DNA of 64,000 nt, taken from NCBI GenBank assembly GCA_903813345.2, contig CAIIXF020000001.1, positions 41,354,001-41,418,000 on the forward strand, in the 5' to 3' direction. A model generated the notes under the pieces. It saw only the letters and a list, made by a program, of their open reading frames with translations. It was not told the DNA's origin and searched no databases. This DNA comes from Owenia fusiformis. Its lineage: Eukaryota. The position numbers were made by a program, and so were the translations under genes. The number at the start of each line of letters is the position of its first letter. Position 1 is the stretch's first letter. Shown here piece by piece: positions 13,237 through 27,400 of this stretch.

Positions 13237-15912
13237 TTATTATCCCATCGAACGAAGTTCGGAGGGATATAGGGAACACCTCCGTCCGTCTGTCCGTACG
13301 TCCGTCCGTCCGTCCGGGCAATAACTCAAATACCGTTGGCCCGATTTTGTTCATATTTTGTACACATATACCCTATGGGGTTAGAAGTTCTGCTCCAAAG
13401 CCGATTTTCAAAATGGCCGCTCATTTCAAAATGGCGGCCATTTTAGTGCCGATTTTACAGTAATTTAGGTGCAATATGTAAAACTGTAATAGCAATATGT
13501 TTTAAATGTAAAAAAATTATAAAGGACATTAATAATGCTACGGATATAGTCCTGAGTAAGGACATTAGCGGTTACCGTTAGTGATTTGGTTTTCTGAATA
13601 AAAAGTCATTTTCTCCTTCCCTACGCCATTGGAGCGCCATCTGGCGTTTGGGAAGTGAATCGGGACTAAATATTTATAGGGTAGGTCCTAATTTATCTGA
13701 AAACATGTCAGAGTTCAGTGGGAAATCTCATTTTAAGCTGGCGGCGGAGTGATTTTGACCTTGGTGATTTTTCCAGAATTCTCTGAGAAATCTGACGATA
13801 GAGGGGGTTAGTGTCTTCAAGTTTATTTATTTCAAAAATTTGGTGGACAACCCATGGTAAGATTGTTATAGCAGGCTAGGCGAGTCTCTCCCGAACACTG
13901 TGGTATGTTGCACTAGGCTTGGATACTAATCGTTAATAAGATACAGGGTAAAATGTTATAATGGCCACCTATGGGAAACTCTACTGTGGTCTTCAACCTA
14001 TTAGAAGGCGCTTTTTGGGGGCATTTTGAAGGTTTTATCCCTTTTTGAGGTTTTTTAGTTCATTGTGAAGCCTTATAGCGCATATCATATTAAAGGGCTG
14101 TATCTTAGCTAAACAATGCTACCAAAATCGTAACATTTTGAAGTAATTTTGGTGTTTTGGGGGCGAGGCCACTGTACCAAGTACCCCGAATTCCATTCTC
14201 CCGTGCCATTCAATTGTTTTCGGGGCAGTTTTGAATGAACCTTTGTTTTTTCCTACCAATATGACGTCATAAGATGCAATCGAACGCCTTAGCATGGATA
14301 TCACTTGAAAGATAGTAGAAATCGCTTTCCAATGATACCCCATATGGCCATGTTCACCTCAGTTGGGTGTACTCAATCTGTGATGCAATCTGTAAGGTGT
14401 ACCCCTACCCCAAAGAAATTTCAAGAAATCTCAAAATCAAATTTCCTGAATTTTGCTAAAAGGACCTGTGTCTATAAGGATTGAATTTTCCTCCGTGCAT
14501 TTTCTCAAATATAGGATTGTTATATACCATTGTGATCGGAATAATGCCTACAATGCTAATATTACCATGTTGGAAGAAAACAGACTAATTCAGTTTACTA
14601 TTAGGATATAGTCCTGAGTAAGGACATTAGCGGTTACCGTTAGTGATTTGGTTTTCTGAATAAAAAGTCATTTTCTCCTTCCCTACGCCATTGGAGCGCC
14701 ATCTGGCGTTTGGGAAGTGAATCGGGACTAAATATTTATAGGGTAGGTCCTAATTTATCTGAAAACATGTCAGAGTTCAGTGGGAAATCTCATTTTAAGC
14801 TGGCGGCGGAGTGATTTTGACCTTGGTGATTTTTCCAGAATTCTCTGAGAAATCTGACGATAGAGGGGGTTAGTGTCTTCAAGTTTATTTATTTCAAAAA
14901 TTCGGTGGACAACCCATGGTAAGATTGTTATAGCAGGCTAGGCGAGTCTCTCCCGAACACTGTGGTATGTTGCACTAGGCTTGGATACTAATCGTTAATA
15001 AGATACAGGGTAAAATGTTATAATGGCCACCTATGGGAAACTCTACTGTGGTCTTCAACCTACAAATGTAGATATTAAAGAAGCGCATGGCAGCCATCTT
15101 GAAAAATGGCGGCCTTTACTCGTCATTTTACGATTTTTGCTGTAACTCAAAAAATAGTGGAGCGATTTTGTTCATATTTGGTATGTGAATACTATAAGCA
15201 TTGCACACTGTCTAAAGACACTTTTGGTAGAAGGCGGCCATTTTGAAAAATGGCCGCCATTTTAACGTATTTTACTATAACTCGAAAAGTAGTGGAGCGA
15301 TTTTGTTCATATTTGGTATGTGAATACTATAAGCATGGCACACTGTCCTATGACATTTTTGTGAGAAGGCGGCCATTTTGAAAAAGATTTTGAAAAATGG
15401 CCCCCATTTTAACGTATTTTACTATAACTCGAAAAGTAGTGGAGCGATTTTGTTCATATTTGGTATGTGAATACTATAAGCATGGTACACTGTCCTATGA
15501 CACTTATGGTAGAAGGTGGCCATTTTGAAAAAAATTTTGAAAAATGGCCACCATTTTAACGTATTTTACTAGAACTCGAAAAGTAGTGGAGCGATTTTGT
15601 TCATATTTGATATGTGAATACTGTAAGCATGGCACATTGTCTAATAAAACTTTGGGGAGTAGTCGGCCATTTTGAAAAATGGCCACCATTTTTATGTTTG
15701 TTATTTTACAAGTACGTGTGCGATTTTTCAAAAATTTTAGAGGTGGCTACTTAAAAGCATATTATTTCTTCTGATGACACCTTGGCAAGTGAGCAACCAT
15801 TTTGAAAATGGTGGCCTTTCTGGTGTGTTGTTTTATGATATTTGTTATTCGTTTGTAGCTATCTCTGTTTGATGGGATTCGCTACGCTTTGGCGTTGCCG
15901 TTGTTCTGGTTT
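13237..15912 (+). mobile_element. HINE family 1, copy 2, interrupted by the A-B-A insertion
   Basis: Same termini, microsatellite and core repeats as 6863-8604; highly similar outside the nested insertions. Confidence 0.85.
13542..15059. mobile_element. Unclassified non-coding element with 456-bp direct repeats (A-B-A), nested in HINE copy 2
   Basis: A1 13542-13997 and A2 14604-15059 differ at one position by eye; internal segment is 606 bp. CTAC is duplicated at 13538-13541 and 15060-15063. The empty site aatgctacaaatg is visible in HINE copy 1 at about 7205-7217. Confidence 0.85.
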
Positions 15913-17516
15913 CAATTAAAGAAAGCTTTAACAAAATGGAAGGGAGGTAGTCTAGTGCTTTTTCCAAGAAAAAACATATTAATATTTTGACCCATCGCCT
16001 ATATACAATTTAATTAGAACAAGTTATGGAAAACAAAAATATTTTTATACCGACATGTTTTTATAACTGATTGTTTTCTTGGGTACATAAGTTATCAATA
16101 ACTTATCATTTTGTATTCTTCATTAACAAATAAAGGCCTGTTTGTATCATCTAATTTACGTTTGAATGTTGTGGAATTGTAACTAGTCGTATTTTATCAT
16201 AGTAAGTGTGCAATAAAAGATACATTACATACTAGGTAATATAAAAAAAGTGGCGTTTTTCAGCCCACCCTGTACATGTACTATAAGAGTACTAATTTGA
16301 GAATACATGTGCATGTAGAAAAATATATAAGTGTAAAGATTTTCACCCACTGTGATATTGTGTTGAAGAGTGCCTACACTACATGGAATAAGAAAATCAT
16401 TAGGTTTGGTGATCAACCTTTTTTCCCCAATATACCCTGAAATAGAGAGCCAAGCAGTAGAATACAACCCTCTGAGTATGTCAGTTTGACTTAATTTATA
16501 TTAAAGTTTTGATGTTTATGACCTCGGTACTTTTTATTATGGCCTTTATTGGAGTTGAACTGACTGAACGGTTTATACGCAAATTACAGTACGGAGATTT
16601 AAATCCTGATAACCAATCAGATTAGGTTGTTGTTTGGCTACACATTCTGATTGGAAAGTCAAGAATAATTTTTTTAAAAAGAGTGTTGATAAAGCAAACT
16701 CATGTAAAGTGGCAACCAAATGTTTTTTCCCTAAACACAACCAGAAATTTTTTCCAAAACACAACCAGAATTTCTTAATTTACCTTCCTGAAGTAGTTTG
16801 AAAATATAACCATGAGTGCCAGGTTTTGCCAAACCCTAGACTAGGTTATATTTTCATTGTTACCCTGCTTGTGCCCTGAGCCCATACTTTTTTGAAAGGG
16901 GTAAGCTCCCCAAAGGTGTAATGGTTTATCTGATTTGATGGAACCACGCCTTTAATTTTATGATAATTGCCAATTTAAATGTCTGGTAGAGAGTTATAGC
17001 TTTAAATCATACTATAGTAAGCTTGGGAATATTCAACTCCCATTTTGAGAAATTGTTTGTACTTAAAGCATTCAGAACATTGCAAATTAGTTTATTTCTT
17101 ATTTTTATCTCTTTATTTCTTAGCCACAACAATAAGTTGAGTATTTTTTTGCCAATAACTTATTTTCAGGAGTGGACCCATGGTATTATATTCTCACAAT
17201 TTATGTATTAATGTTGTTAATTTCATGCACTAAGTGAATGAATTACTAAGCTGTACATGTACGATGCTTTAATGGTTGTGCAAATGTACTTAGTTCTATA
17301 TATACTGCTGCTATTTGTTAAGTTAAATGGTGAAAAGTCAACTAAGTTCTAAATATCTCTAATACAGAGTCTAAAATGTACTAAGTTCTACATGACTGTA
17401 CTTAAATGTACTAAAATCTATATGTACAGATTTTGAAAAAGTTCTATTTGTACAGGTTTAAAATACTAGTTCTATGAATACAGAATGTGGATTTGTATGT
17501 ACAGATTGTGAAAATC

Positions 17517-17826
17517 TATAAGTTCTAGATGTACAGATTGTGGGTCTACTAAGTTCTAGATGTACAGATTGTGGGTCTACTAAGTTCTAGATATACAGCT
17601 TGTGGGTCTACTAAGTTCTAGATGTACTGATTGTGGGTCTACTAAGTTCTCGATGTACAGATTGTGGGTCTACTAAGTTCTAGATATACAGCTTGTGGGT
17701 CTACTAAGTTCTAGATGTACAGATTGTGGGTCTACTAAGTTCTAGATGTACAGATTGTGGGTCTATTAAGTTCTAGATGTACAGATTGTGGGTCTACTAA
17801 GTTCTAGATCGATGTACTGATTGTGA
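17517..17826. repeat. Minisatellite, 31-bp unit, about 10 copies, with a degenerate upstream flank
   Basis: Unit aagttctagatgtacagattgtgggtctact. Confidence 0.95.
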
Positions 17827-18269
17827 TGTGATTTTGTGCAGTGCATAGTTGCTCATATCTAAAAGAATGGTATAATTATAACAGAATGTATTCATATAAA
17901 TGAATAAATTTAATTTATTGTAGTAGATATAGATGATATTGTGATATAGTGTGCTTTCTTTAGTGTTTGATGTTGGAAATATCAAATGAAATACAATGAT
18001 ACCCTTGGTGCACAAAATTACTACATTTCTACTTTCTCATGTAACCCTGAACTATAGACTCAGAAGAATCATTCTACCCTCTGAGTTATCAAATGATTTT
18101 CAAGATTTAATGCTGATACGTTCTTAATGAATTTTATGAGAGTTTGAATATGAAATTTATGTCAGCTACTCTTTTAGAGGCAGATGACTGACTGTGCATT
18201 GTCTCAAATTCTGATTGGATAGTTGTTTTTGGACTACGAATCTTTTTCATTAGAAAGGCTAGATCAAAT

Positions 18270-18418
18270 TGTTATCCAGTATTGAATGATGTTATCCAGT
18301 ATTGAATGACTTTATCCAGTACTGAATGATGTTATCCAGTATTGAATGACTTTATCCAGTACTGAATGATGTTATCCAGTATTGAATGAATGTTATCCAC
18401 TACTGAATGATGTTATCC
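18270..18418. repeat. Minisatellite, 20-bp unit, about 7 copies
   Basis: Unit gttatccagta(t/c)tgaatga(t/c). Confidence 0.95.
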
Positions 18419-19459
18419 TGGTGCCTGATAGGGATGATGATACTTATTCATAACTTCATGGAAGTGTTCGGAGTCCTAGGAATCATTTCTATACCTACAC
18501 TACACTACACTACACTATATAATACAAATAAATAACTCATTACACTTGATGAAATTTTAAACATTTTTTATCATATTCCTGGTACACAGGCACTGTAATG
18601 AGGATCATTACTATTATTTGAAATATAATAGCATTATTATGTTTTCTAGGAGTCATTGGAATCAACAATTGGAATGAGCAACATTATAAATTGTTGAATT
18701 TTTGACAGCAATGTGTGTTTAATGAATAAATCCCAGCGGTTTAGATAAATGGTACATGTAATGTCCCATTTTGAATTCTATTAAATATTATATATTTAAG
18801 AGTAGATATTTTAGGAATTAGTAGGAATTTATATTTATTTATTTGAGTTGTATTGCACCATTTTGGTTCATTTTCATCCCCAGTCAATTGTACAATATTG
18901 TTGGTCAAGTAATTAGGAATAAATATGATTCATATAAAATTAATGAAATATGTTGGTTTATTTCTGATTAGTATGTACCTTAAATCCCAAAGATTCTACT
19001 TTCCACTATAAAGAGATGCATGTGATATATTTGTACCTTATATTTATGTGTTCTTGATATATTTGAGCATTCTGCAGTGACAATGCATGTCCAAATACTT
19101 GGTATCACCTTGATTTATGACTGCCATTGGCTGCTCAAAACATGTGATACACATTCAAAGTTGCTTTTTTACACTTTATTTAAGATCCTTTATTTGGAGA
19201 GAAAATTGAACTGATACATCCTAGATCACTTAATATCTCTACAAAAAATTAATCACCATACGATTACTAATAATCGCCACCCTATCAATTATTTTTGTAT
19301 AAGTTGCAATTGCTTAAACATAGATTGCGCCCTTTACTTTGAAATATACTTTGGAAGTCAAAACATAATTTATTTCAGATGTTGCTCTCTGCAGGTTGGA
19401 TTAATAGCACCCCCCTATTAATTTCTTCTTTCTCTGAATCATTTTATTTTATCCAATAA

Positions 19460-19890
19460 CGCAGATGCGAGTAGGTAGTTACCAGTTTCACCACCAGGTG
19501 GCTCGTTCGGGCAAGATAGCATGGCTGGTATAGTAGAAAGTTCCCTTTAACTTAAATTACATCTGTTTTAGTGGTTCAATTTTCATATAACCCTTATGTA
19601 TCTAATAGTTATGCAAATCAAAATATGTCCAGTAAATGAAAATTTTATCTGACCAATACAAGAAAAGATATTTCACTTTTTGTGATTTTGTAATATGGGC
19701 TCTATGGAGAATCAACCCGAACTAGAAGTCACACTTTCAAAAATAATTCAATTTTCAAACTAGATAAACAATTTTCGAAACCATATTTCTAGATGTACTT
19801 TTACATGTAGATTTCAAATTTAACATCGCTTTGACTGAATTTTGATTATTTAATGGCGTAAATCAAGATTTTTTCTACTCGCATCTAGTC
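19460..19890 (-). mobile_element. Inverted copy of the 430-bp MITE
   Basis: Reverse complement of 31400-31831 (cagatgcgagtaggtagttacc...ttctactcgcatct). Confidence 0.8.
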
Positions 19891-22821
19891 TATTCATGCA
19901 CAAGGCATTGATTTGGTTGAAAGCCCATGGGTTAAATAAGCAGTCAAAGAAGAACCACAGTGCAATGTTATATTACAAAAGATAAACATAGTACTAAGTT
20001 ATAATCTCAACTTTTGTATATTTTGAATTGTTATTGGGATTATAACAACTGTGTGGTCTCTTGTATTTTGATACTTTTTCCTATATTTTCTGCCATAATA
20101 TTTTTGAACCACAGCATCAAAATTACGACCGAGTGATGCTCTTAAAACTATGAGATCAAATCTATTACTATGAATCTGACTGTATGTGGAGTCAACTTCA
20201 AAATCAAACAGAACACTATGATGTTTACTAAACAATAAATAGTATTTTATTGGAAGTAGAAGACTTTGGACAAAAGCATCGGAGTGTCTTATATAATATG
20301 TACAAACTGCTAGATACAAGATAGAAAATTACCAGTACTTCTTTTAAAACCAGCAGATGTCTGACATGGTGCTAATACAATAACAATAAGCAGAGTGATA
20401 ATAAATCATAAATACATGAAAATACAACACCAAACATTAACAATGTTATAAATAATGTATCAACAATACTTTGCCTATACATTCAAGACATTCATTTGGT
20501 GATTTGATGATACTTTATGAAGCATTTATAATCCAGTTTACGGTGGTGTAGCCAGGAAAAAAAGCAGCCAGCTGAAAATATTTCCAAACCTGTTCAAAAA
20601 AGCCCCATCCTAGCTTCACTACATTTCCATTATTTAGATTAAACAAAAATGGCGGCTATGTACATCAGAAAGAAATATGCATGTAAATCACGATGGCAAT
20701 AGAAGAACATGAAGATAGCCCTTTACGTGATGAGATCATGATACGTTGAATCAAAAATTAATGACTTTAAGATTAAAAATTGATAAAAATTATATACTTG
20801 TATAATACAATTAAATTACAACTCAACATTGATAGAGGAATATTTTTCAAAGGATATTAAAAAAGCGACTAGGAAAGAGGCTCATCTGCATCATCCTGGC
20901 TACATGCGAGGTCTATGGAATTTAATGACTCATAACGTATACTAGTTGTTCTTGTATAGTTTGGTACAAAAAATGCAACACTACACAAAAAATTGCAAAG
21001 CTTCAATCGCAATTGAGAAAATTAAACCGTTGTATTTTTTGTATCACCCTCTATACATAAATATCTTCAAAACATTTTTTATGTACATATCATCTATAAT
21101 TACAAAAACATTGTTTTCATAAAGATTACAAAGAATGATCTGTCCATTAAAATGATTTTTATTAATGTTTCTGTCCTGAAAGTATACATCAAGGATAACA
21201 CAGCACTATAATGAATGTTATTATATTAGGCCATTAAATAAAGTGCATATTCAATTATCTCATGAATATATCATCTTATATGAATCTATTATGGTTGCAA
21301 ATCATGTAAAGATTAGTAAAGATAAAGTATAGAAGTTTTAAAGGGGCTTTTTGAAAAAAATGAAGTTAAAACTCACAATATGTTTGGGACATTGTCCCCT
21401 GGGTATCGTTTATAATCTCTGTCCTACATTCTCAGCATGGATGTGTCCTAGTACTTTTATCTGGGGTTGAGCTTCAGAACATGACTGAACGATAGTATTT
21501 ATTCATTAATTACATTCCGTGACATATACATATCGTAAAGATGTAAATGTAATTATTATTACTATAATGGATTACTGATGTCCCCCGGACCCCATTTTCT
21601 AATAAAAAGTATTAGAGATCGTGATTCCTGGATTTCAATCATCATCTTTGTAACCATGGCAATATCATAAAAATACAAATCACAAATCAAATCATAATTT
21701 ACAATATTATTTTGGAAAAAAAAACTGGAATAACATCATTCTCTATCTGTTGATATAAAAATGAGATTCTTTGGTCTGTAAGTTATCGATTATAGTGCAA
21801 TAATATTCGCACCAGCTTTCAAAATCTTTTTATGAACAAAATTCATAAAAATATAAAATTAAAACACTACGTATATGTAATTAACACCAGTCTTAAAATG
21901 ACAATGTTGCGCATTATCCAGATAGGATGTGAAAATCTTCTTTTTCCTTTATATAAAGGGACTAGTTCAAAAGATCAATGCAGTACAGCTATTGTAACAA
22001 ATACGTAAATAAAAATGAGTTCCCAGTTCAATGTACCCTTTGCATTCGTTTGACTTCTCTTAACTAAAATAAACCTGTGAACTCACCGCACCAATCAGTT
22101 TTCGTCGGCCAAATTTGACCGACGTTCTTTATATGGTCATTCCTTCTGACGTCATCATTGAGCCCAGAAGTGAGCAATGACACATATTTAATTAGAACGC
22201 ATTTGGCGTATGTTTCTTCAAGCTCGCTGATTGGCGCGTAGGTCAAAAGTGATGCAACCAGAGTACCCCTTGTTACATGAACCTATGAGATTGGAAAATT
22301 TCCTGAGTAAAACACATTTTAGAGGTCCAAAGGTGTTCGACTTACACAAATTTTACTGTGCATGTTTTTATTGTTAGCTTCTCAGCATTGATCATTTGAA
22401 TTGACCCCACCCTTACTGTATAAGCCAAAGCAGTGCAGATCAAACAGTCAAATATTGAATTGCCTTATGTTTAAACTGATAAAACAAAATATAATACTTC
22501 CTAGAAAACTAATATCTTAACCTTATATAAAAAATATTTGCACCATTTATAAATAACCATTTTGCTCAGGTTTTTATACCAGGCCTAAAATCGAAATACA
22601 TAATGTACAAATTGTTTCTCTTCATTAATACATTTATCTATGTGAATAAATAACCAGCTAATAAAAGAAATACTTAATTGTTGACTAAACCATTTTACAA
22701 AATGTTCTGAAGAACAGAAACAGAAAATTGCCTGATTCCATGTATTTCTTTCTTACAAGAGAAGGAAAGATGTCTCAGCCCTTTTAAATCAGAGTGCATA
22801 CATTCATGCATCTACCCTATC

Positions 22822-22997
22822 CAAGCTCATCTAACTCCACACATATAATCCTTATGTTTCAATCTGTTTAAGGCTCATCTCTAGCTCCACATATTAAAGG
22901 CTCATCTCTAACTCCACCTATTAAAGGCTCATCGATAGCTCCACCTATTAAAGGCTCATCTATAGCTCCACAGTGGCTCATCTCTAGCTCCACCTAT
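22822..22997. repeat. Minisatellite, about 27-bp unit
   Basis: Unit aaaggctcatctctagctccacctatt. Confidence 0.85.
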
Positions 22998-23278
22998 TCT
23001 ACTAAAAGCTTTACTTTCACCAATATTAAAGGCAATTGTACCAATTTGGGAAAAGCTAATCAAATATTCATCTGGTAGATAAAGGAAACAAGACCAATGC
23101 CTGGTGGAACCAGTATGAGCCATAACTTACATAACTTACCAGCTGTTAGCACATAAATATATTATAAACTATAACTATAAACTATAAATAGAAACATAGG
23201 TTTGATACAGGAAACAACTTATAACTAATAGGTTAATCATGAAGATAATAAAAATGATTCAGCAACTAAAAAAAAGTT

Positions 23279-23455
23279 AAATGTCAGTTGCAAGAAAGTA
23301 CACAAAGTGCAATAAATGTCAGTTGCAAGAAAGTACACAAAGTGCAATAAATGTCAGTTGCAAGAAAGTACACAAAGTGCAATAAATGTCAGTTGCAAGA
23401 AAGTACACAATGTGCAATAAATGTCAGTTGCAAGAAAGTTTACAAAGTGCAATAA
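23279..23455. repeat. Minisatellite, 35-bp unit, 5 copies
   Basis: Unit aaatgtcagttgcaagaaagtacacaaagtgcaat. Confidence 0.95.
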
Positions 23456-24495
23456 AAACATGGATAGACATCTAACCTGACAGAAATGTATCAGGCATTA
23501 TTACAATTCCTAATTACTTTTTTAGCTTTAAATCATGTTTTCATGTTAACATGTAGATGATTAATTGGGATGAGATTTCTTTAGGTTATTTGTTGTAATT
23601 AGTTTTCAATTTTACAATCAAATTCAATTGAATAAAATCAAAATCAAATCAAATACTGCAGTTTTGTACAAAAAATGATATACAAACATTTAACACATTC
23701 CTTTTGTCCCTTGCTAATAACATGGAAAATGTAATCAATATGACATTTTTTGTAAGGGCAAGAATGCCTACAAAAATATATCAAGATGTCTATGGATACA
23801 ATAAGCTGCAATGTTCCTCAAGTAATACACCAACAATACCAAGTATTGCATCTAAGAATACAATCTCAATTGTATAAAGTCATGCACATTTTACGGTGTT
23901 CCTCTGAAATTTTAAAGAAGTGGCCATGTTTTGTTGCAGTTCTGCACAATTTAGAATGTTAACTGCAAACTTCATTTCTTGGAAAATCCACAATTTTTCT
24001 CTCTTTTTTGGTTTTAAACAGCTATCAGACATTTTATTCATGGGGATGATCAAATCTATTGAACACAAACAGATGTATCCACTGCTTAATCGCTTACGGT
24101 CTAAAAATAGATTTATTCACCCATTTACAGAAACACAGGATGAAAACATTCCATCTTCATGGCAACAATCTAAGAAACAACACACGTTATTGGTTCAGTT
24201 AATACTCCGTTATCCTCCACTCCTTTGACAACAAAAATCTCCATGATTCTCGATGAAGTTCATTCGAATTTACCAATAATTGGTGTGTAAGTCTGTACAT
24301 CTTCCACTAAGGTGAGACTCTTAAGCTGCATTTATATGGTGAATGGGCATCATGTTCAATGACATGTGTCAAATGTCATACATCGGTTCATTTCTTCGGA
24401 TAATCTTTGGACTTGATATGCTCTATCAGGGACTTTTATAAAACACTGGCCCTGTTTCCATGTGTGTATTGAAACTACAGCCAGTTGTATAAATG

Positions 24496-27400
24496 CTAGG
24501 AATTCGGTTTTCCATTTGTCTTTGCATTATCACTGTCCTGCTTTTCAGACTTGCTACATGCCGTATCTGATTTTTCTGATTCTGAAAATAAAAACACAAT
24601 TAATTTATTTTACAAGAAATTCTTCAGTACCGAAAAGTGCTATGTTGTCGTTGCCTTGTGCTGATTGGCTTATGTGTTCATGTTCATTTGTGCGGGAATG
24701 CAGGCAGCATAGAAATCATGTTATCAAAATATCAAAAAAATTTTCAGATGCAAGAGCAGACTAGTGCCAAGATCTGATTAGGTTTTGGGCATGCTGGGTA
24801 AATTACATGATGGCCATTTTACTGTTCAAACAGCAAAATTCATCACTGACACTGTACCGATACCAGACGGATATTAACTCTTTCTGTCCCGTGTCCCGAA
24901 CCGAAGCATCTGGACCGAAATAGGAGACAGGTGAGGTTACCTGAAAAAGAAGATGGATATATCTATCTTCTTTTCCAGGTAACATGGAAACCGTGACAAT
25001 TTATTTTTAGACCTCTCTTCAACAATCACAAAAATTTGATTTGAAGTTCATATTCAAATGAGCGTAATAAAAAGATAATCTACGACATGTAATTAGCTGG
25101 TAGTCTTTCAAGGAAATTGGAAATTGAATTCCTGATTGATATGTTATATTAAAATCTAGACCTTTGACTCCAGCAAAAGTCTAAGTGTATTGATTAGCGA
25201 TAAAGTAAACAGTTATGGAGTTATTTTTATACAGTTTAACAGTCAGGATGTGCTGGGATCCTATAAAAAGGTTCTTATCTTACAGGCAAAAAGAATAAAT
25301 CAGCAACTCCACAGAGTAACAAATCCCAAAGAACATTAAATGTATATTATCTACTCAACCCTTGATTTGCAGATAATAAAAGACAGGCACTAGAGAAATA
25401 TAAAAAATTCCTACAATTTAACCATTTGGGTGACCATTTAGAAGTTTCAAAGGCTCACATCTAATGCATTGAAATGTGAACATACTCTGAACACAGGGTA
25501 CAAAAGATTTTGGAGCAAATGCGTGACATATACAGAAATTTCGAAACCAAATACGTGACATATCCAGAAATTTTGAACCAAATGACATATTCTGCCACAC
25601 AAAAAAAGCTGGCGTGACTTTAATTTCTTCAGCAAATGTGTGGCAAATACGCAAATTGCGGGACAGTTGGACGCCCTGTGTACAACACGAGGGTGATGAA
25701 ATACGAGCAAACAGAAGCTTTCATCATTTCAGAAAGATGTGGTCTAGTTTCTAGATATTCTTATATGTAAATGTCTGGAACAACACCCTAGACAGTGAAC
25801 TTGACTGTGAATTTCATACTGCTACCGCGCGTTATACCGTATACTACATTCGGAGTTAGGAACTTGAATTTGTGTTATACCATATCTTACTTGCGATATC
25901 TTATCACAAAATTTGAATTTATGATATTTCACAAACTAAGGCATGTTGGGTACTCAATTACATGTATATGCATACATGTGTGCAGGATACCTAATAAAAT
26001 GGAACTTATGTTAATAGGTGTGTACTTCATTTTATATTGATACATCGAGCAATAATACTCTCCAAAGCAAATAATTTAAATTGCAGCTGGGACACAGCTT
26101 AAACAGCATTCATTCAATATTGGGGATCGCGATGACCTTTCAATAAAAATCTCCGCACCACTTGTTAAGAGGCAGCACATATCTGATAATTTTTTCTAAA
26201 ATTCACACAGAAAGTTTATAACTTTCAAAGTTCAGAAAATAGTTTTTATCGGTAGGTCATCTTGACATTTGAAGGCTGTAAACGGTGTAATTAAGTGCTA
26301 ATTTCAGATTCTTTGCTTTGGAGAAAGACAAATGCTTAGTGTGTCGTTAAAGAATGAAGTACACAACTAAAGACAAATTTCCCTTTTATTTATTTGGTAT
26401 CCTCTACAAATGGGTGAATATTAAGAGAATATAATACCCAACATGCCTTAGTTCATGAATAATCATAAATTCAAATTCAAAAATGACCTGTAAAGTGTGC
26501 ATCATCCGCATCATCCACGCCGCTTGTTTTTGTATAGCACCGTCTGTATAGGGTGAATTTTAAAGTCAAATATTGGCATTTGGGTAAGCTCTAAGACAAG
26601 AATAACATTTTACAAGGCATTAACATGCAAAATGTCATGACCATTTGTACAGACACCAACCGCCGAATGCCAACTGCCCACTGATGTCACAAAAAAACGG
26701 AGACCATAACAATATGTTATTTCTTTTTGGTAGTGACACACTTTTAGTTTATAACAAGTATTATCATTATATCCCTTATTTTAATTTGCGGATCCCGCCT
26801 TATACAACCCCCCCCCCAAACTGCTTTGATTAAAGGCATGCTAATCAACTTATTGAACAAAACCACGCCAGCTTGTTACAATATCTAGGCACTCAATAGC
26901 TCTATATTATTATCAGAACTGCTTAGAACAATCAATAAACATCTAGTAGATTTGAGATGATAACGGCAATGATGTCATGGGAAATGCGTGTTTCTTGACA
27001 TCCTTGATATTATTGTACACAGTTATTATCAAAATATTGCACTTTATTATTAGATGCGATATCATTGGTAAATTGTAGACAGTTTACACGAAGGTCAAAT
27101 TAGAATTTCTTATCGAAGAGGTATGAGTGGTTATGAGTCATGTGTAAAAGCATTTATTATGTCATAATGTTATTTGGTGAATACATGTACTAAGTCTTAT
27201 CATATGATCTGTAAAATGAAGCCTTCTGATTGGTCAGTTCTTGTGCTGTACCAATCTGTATTGCTCCTGAGATTGTCCGCATTGATCATCTCCGTCACAA
27301 TACAGAAAATATTGGTACGTAGGGGATATTCTCAGTAGCAATACAGCGGATCACACGAAAAAAACGTTGTAGAATGATTTGAAGTGCAATACAGAATATA

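Noticed and set aside
13542..15059. Hammerhead retrozyme interpretation of the A-B-A element
   Set aside because: CTGACGA occurs at about 13792, but I could not find a properly placed stem II-GAAA-stem III on either strand, and there is no PBS. An Infernal scan would be needed to exclude other ribozymes.
17517..23455. 31-, 20-, 27- and 35-bp repeat arrays as possible CRISPR arrays
   Set aside because: Head-to-tail repeats with no unique spacers, no cas genes and a eukaryotic context.
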